Below, piece by piece: positions 60,949-64,000 of a stretch of DNA of 64,000 nucleotides. Position numbers and translations under genes: made by a program. Origin of the DNA: an uncultured Actinomycetes bacterium (GTDB taxonomy: Bacteria; Actinomycetota; Thermoleophilia; UBA2241); assembly GCA_963725665.1 (NCBI GenBank), contig CAVRZA010000004.1:416001-480000 (forward strand). The letters are read 5' to 3'. Positions within the stretch are counted from its first letter, which is position 1, and each line of letters begins with the position of its first letter. The notes under the pieces are model-generated. The model searched no databases, was not told where the DNA came from, and saw only the letters and a list, made by a program, of their open reading frames with translations.

Positions 60949-62772
60949 GTGACGGAGAACGGCACGCCGGATCGATTCCGTCGGTCTCTCCGACGCCGTC
61001 TCACGCACCGACTACGAGCGATCCAATGGCCACTGGTCGGCGTTGCGGCTGCGCTGGCGATCGTGCTGGGCTACATAGGATTCAAGGAGTACTACGAGAT
61101 TGTCGGGGAGCAGCGCGGCTTCTGGGATGTCCTGTATTCTGACTTGCAGCTGTTCCCGCTGCAGTCGGGTCTGACGACCGGCCCTGTCCCCTGGCAACTC
61201 AACGTCGCCCGCTTCCTCGCTCCCGCCGTCACCACGGTCACAGCCGCGGCGGCCATCGCTGCCCTGCTCAGCGAACGCCTGCGACTGGCCCGCCTGCGTT
61301 ACCTCCGCGACCACACCGTTGTCTGCGGCCTCGGCCGCAAGGGGCTCATGATCGCCGAGAGTCTGGCGCGCCGCGGCGAGCGTGTCTTGGTCGTCGAGAG
61401 CGACGAGCAGAACGACTATCTCGATCGCTGCCGGGAGCGCGGCGTGCCGGTCCTGTTCGGGGATGCTGCCGACCCCCGGCTGCTGGGGCGCGCGCGCGTC
61501 GACCGCGCCCGGCGGGTCGTGGCCGTCACCGGCGACGACGGCGTGAATGCCGAGGTCGCCGTCGCGTGCCGGGGGCTGGTCACGGGCCGCCGCGGCTCGC
61601 CCCTCGACTGCTTCGTGCACCTCGTCGACACTCAGCTCTGCCGGCTCCTCTACGAGCAGGAGCTCCGCTTGGCAGGACGCGATTCCCTGCGGCTCGAGTT
61701 CTTCGACGTCCACCATCGCTGCGCTCGCGCGCTGCTGAACGAGTTCCCGTTCTTCGCGGCGGACGTTGTCACGGGAAGACCGACGGGGTCGATACCGGCC
61801 TCTCGGCCTCACGTCCTCGTCGTGGGCTGCGGCCGGACCGGCCAGGACCTCATCGTGCAGGCTGCCCGCCAGTGGTGGCGTGAGCATCGTGATTCGGGCG
61901 AGCGCTTCTGGGTCACGATCGTCGACTGGCACGCGCTCGCGCGGCTCGAGGGTCTGCGCCTCCGTTACCCGCGCCTCGGCGATGCGTGCGAGGTGACGCC
62001 GGTGGAGCTCGACGTCACGTCCCCCGAGTTCGAGCACGCCGCCTTTCTGGGCGGCGGTGACGGCGTGCCCGCCGTCACCGCCGCCTACATCTGTCTCGAC
62101 GACGACTCGCGCAGCCTGTCGGCGGGTCTCGCCCTGCTGCCGCGCACGCGTGCCGCGGGCATCCTCGTCGTCGTGCGCATGATGGAGGAGGTCGGACTGG
62201 CGACGCTCGCCACCGGCGACAAGGACGGCGGCACGGAGCTGCGTGCCTTCGGCGTGCTCGGCTACGTGTGCGCGCCCGAGCGGCTCTTCGCCGGCATGCA
62301 CGAGACCCTCGCCAGGGCGGTCCACGAGGACTTCGTCGCCGGGCGCCTGCAGGCCGGCGAGAGCTCCGCGACGAACCCGGCTCTCGTGGACTGGGACGAG
62401 CTGCCCCCCGGCCTGCGTGAGTCGAACCTCGATCAGGCGGCGCACATCTTCGAGAAGCTGCGCGAGGTCGACTGCGACCTAGCCCCGCTCACCGATTGGA
62501 ACGCGGAGTCCTTCACCTTCACGCGGGAGCAGGTCGAGAAGCTGGCCGAGATGGAGCACGTCCGTTTTGTGAAGGAGCGTCTCGACGCGGGCTGGACGTA
62601 CCAGCCGGGACCGAAGGACATCGCCAGGAAGTCGAGCCCCTACCTGAGGCCGTGGGACGACCTGAGCGACGGCGAGAAGGAGTTCGACCGTCGCGCGGTG
62701 CGCGACCTGCCGCTCATCCTGGCCGACGTCGGCCTGCAGATCGTCCGACGCGACGGCGAGGAGGGCGCATGA
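60949..62772 (+). CDS. Two-TM (channel-like) - tandem TrkA-N - RyR domain protein
   Basis: TM-pore-like YSDLQLF-TM; HTVVCGLGRKG, GDA; second VVGCGRTG; RyR LARAVHE..WDELP..SN, LAEMEHVRF..GW..LRPWDDLSDGEKEFDR. Confidence 0.85.
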   Translation: MTENGTPDRFRRSLRRRLTHRLRAIQWPLVGVAAALAIVLGYIGFKEYYEIVGEQRGFWDVLYSDLQLFPLQSGLTTGPVPWQLNVARFLAPAVTTVTAAAAIAALLSERLRLARLRYLRDHTVVCGLGRKGLMIAESLARRGERVLVVESDEQNDYLDRCRERGVPVLFGDAADPRLLGRARVDRARRVVAVTGDDGVNAEVAVACRGLVTGRRGSPLDCFVHLVDTQLCRLLYEQELRLAGRDSLRLEFFDVHHRCARALLNEFPFFAADVVTGRPTGSIPASRPHVLVVGCGRTGQDLIVQAARQWWREHRDSGERFWVTIVDWHALARLEGLRLRYPRLGDACEVTPVELDVTSPEFEHAAFLGGGDGVPAVTAAYICLDDDSRSLSAGLALLPRTRAAGILVVVRMMEEVGLATLATGDKDGGTELRAFGVLGYVCAPERLFAGMHETLARAVHEDFVAGRLQAGESSATNPALVDWDELPPGLRESNLDQAAHIFEKLREVDCDLAPLTDWNAESFTFTREQVEKLAEMEHVRFVKERLDAGWTYQPGPKDIARKSSPYLRPWDDLSDGEKEFDRRAVRDLPLILADVGLQIVRRDGEEGA

Positions 62773-62850
62773 CCGGCGAGCGCCTCGGCGGCCGCGTCTC
62801 GGCGACAAGCCGACCGAGTCGGCGCGCCCGCCACGAGTCGGGGGAGCCCC

Positions 62851-64000
62851 ATGGGTAACGATACCGGCTGCAGCATCGCCGTCCTGGTCGTCTTCGCCGC
62901 GCTGGCCGTATTGCTCGCCATCCTCGGCGACAGTGTGCTCACCGGGGCGCTGGTTTTCGCCGGCATCCTGCTTGTGATGCACGGTAGCAACCGCGCCGCA
63001 GGGGGCGGGGCCGTGCAAGGATGGACGGAGATCGTGGCTGGGGTCGGGGCGACCGCCGCCGCCATGTGGCTGGGCGGCATGGGCGGACGCTGGTGGTGGC
63101 TGCCCGTGTGGCTGTTTCTGGGCTACGTCGTGTTGTTCAACGGTAACAAGGCACGGCTGACGGACAGGCGTCATGGGGATTCACTGATCGCCTTCGGCGT
63201 GCTCCTCATGATCTTCAGCGTGCTGGCGCCGCTGTGGGTCTACCCGGCGCTCGCCTCGGAGGCTCCCGAGAGCGCCGTCGGCTTCTCCGTGAGCGATGGC
63301 CTCGGCGCCGCATGGGATCTGGTCGGCACGGTCGTCACGTCGCTGTGGGGCTGGCTGAACCTGCTGTTCGTGGTCTTCATCGGGGTCGCGATGTGGCGCC
63401 GCCACGGGGCGTGGGTGCTGCCCGCGCTCGTGCTGGCGGCCGCCTTCGTCGTCGGCGGCTTCTCCAGCAGCGCCGGCGCCGACCTCGCGGCTGCCGCCGG
63501 CCACAGCCCGGCTTCGTGGATGAAGAGCCTGGTCCTGGCCTCCAACGACCATTGGGGCACCGCCGGCTGGGGCATCCTGCTGCTCGGCCTCGGTCTCGTG
63601 GCGTTCGCGGCGCCGCTGTTGCGCAAGCTCCTGGCCATCAACCGGGTGGTCATGGCGGCCGAGGTGGTCAAGCGTCGTGAGGGCGACGAGGCGTCGCTTC
63701 GCTACATGGTGGAGCGCGGCTGCGGGCCGGGCACGATGATGCTCGTTTTGTCGGCGTTCCAGGGGCTCATCGTGGGCATCGGGATCGCCCTCTGGGTCGG
63801 GCTGCGGTGGGCGGCCGGCACGGCCGGGGCGCTGCCCTTCGATCCCTTCCGCATCCCCGATCTCGCGGTACCGAACTTCAGGCCGGTCTGGCAGCTCTCG
63901 TACTTCGCCCTGGCCGTGGCGGTCGGTGCGTCGGCCGTCCTCGCCAGCCGCATCATGGTGCGCCTGCGGGTCTCGGAGCGCGTGCCGGTGCTGACCAACC
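62851..64000 (+). CDS. Polytopic membrane protein, C-terminal part YidC/Oxa1-like (truncated by window end)
   Basis: Manual translation open to the window end; WGILLL..APL, helical hairpin, GCGP, IALW, F-IPDL pattern. Confidence 0.5.
   Translation, partial: MGNDTGCSIAVLVVFAALAVLLAILGDSVLTGALVFAGILLVMHGSNRAAGGGAVQGWTEIVAGVGATAAAMWLGGMGGRWWWLPVWLFLGYVVLFNGNKARLTDRRHGDSLIAFGVLLMIFSVLAPLWVYPALASEAPESAVGFSVSDGLGAAWDLVGTVVTSLWGWLNLLFVVFIGVAMWRRHGAWVLPALVLAAAFVVGGFSSSAGADLAAAAGHSPASWMKSLVLASNDHWGTAGWGILLLGLGLVAFAAPLLRKLLAINRVVMAAEVVKRREGDEASLRYMVERGCGPGTMMLVLSAFQGLIVGIGIALWVGLRWAAGTAGALPFDPFRIPDLAVPNFRPVWQLSYFALAVAVGASAVLASRIMVRLRVSERVPVLTN

Overview
High-GC bacterial chromosome segment, probably an actinobacterium of the Thermoleophilia type (inferred from the fused PafBC, tmRNA and gene content). 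The first 39 kb is mostly housekeeping. It holds a carbamate kinase / putrescine-carbamoyltransferase-like / TetR / deacetylase cluster interrupted by an IS900-type IS110 element. It also holds cydAB, tmRNA, a MacB-type ABC transporter, lepB, a two-component pair, a GAF-SpoIIE phosphatase, an S2P protease, LarA, PafBC, a racemase, lysA, an Rrf2-cysK-moeB-larE-cysE operon, a DUF211/VIT1 pair and pcrA. From about 39.3 kb to the window end lies a conflict/signalling-type accessory island: TIR, VIT-vWA, a PfkB-like/AAA+/RyR protein, an NDT/TIR-like protein, an ECF sigma with anti-sigma, an E2-JAB(E2)-E1 ubiquitination-like operon with no beta-grasp modifier but a nearby orphan 66-aa peptide, TIR-YbjN, two WD40 proteins, a TerB-like protein, SLOG, TM-TrkA-RyR and a YidC-like membrane protein. 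Highlights: (1) the modifier-less E1/E2/JAB operon and its candidate peptide tag; (2) an IS110 whose four bridge-RNA guide segments, circle-junction promoter and element-long antisense ORF can be read directly from the sequence, targeting Shine-Dalgarno/start-codon sites; (3) a two-RyR-protein nucleotide-signalling island. Many single-base frameshifts occur and are probably sequencing errors. All family assignments come from motif recognition only; no searches were run.
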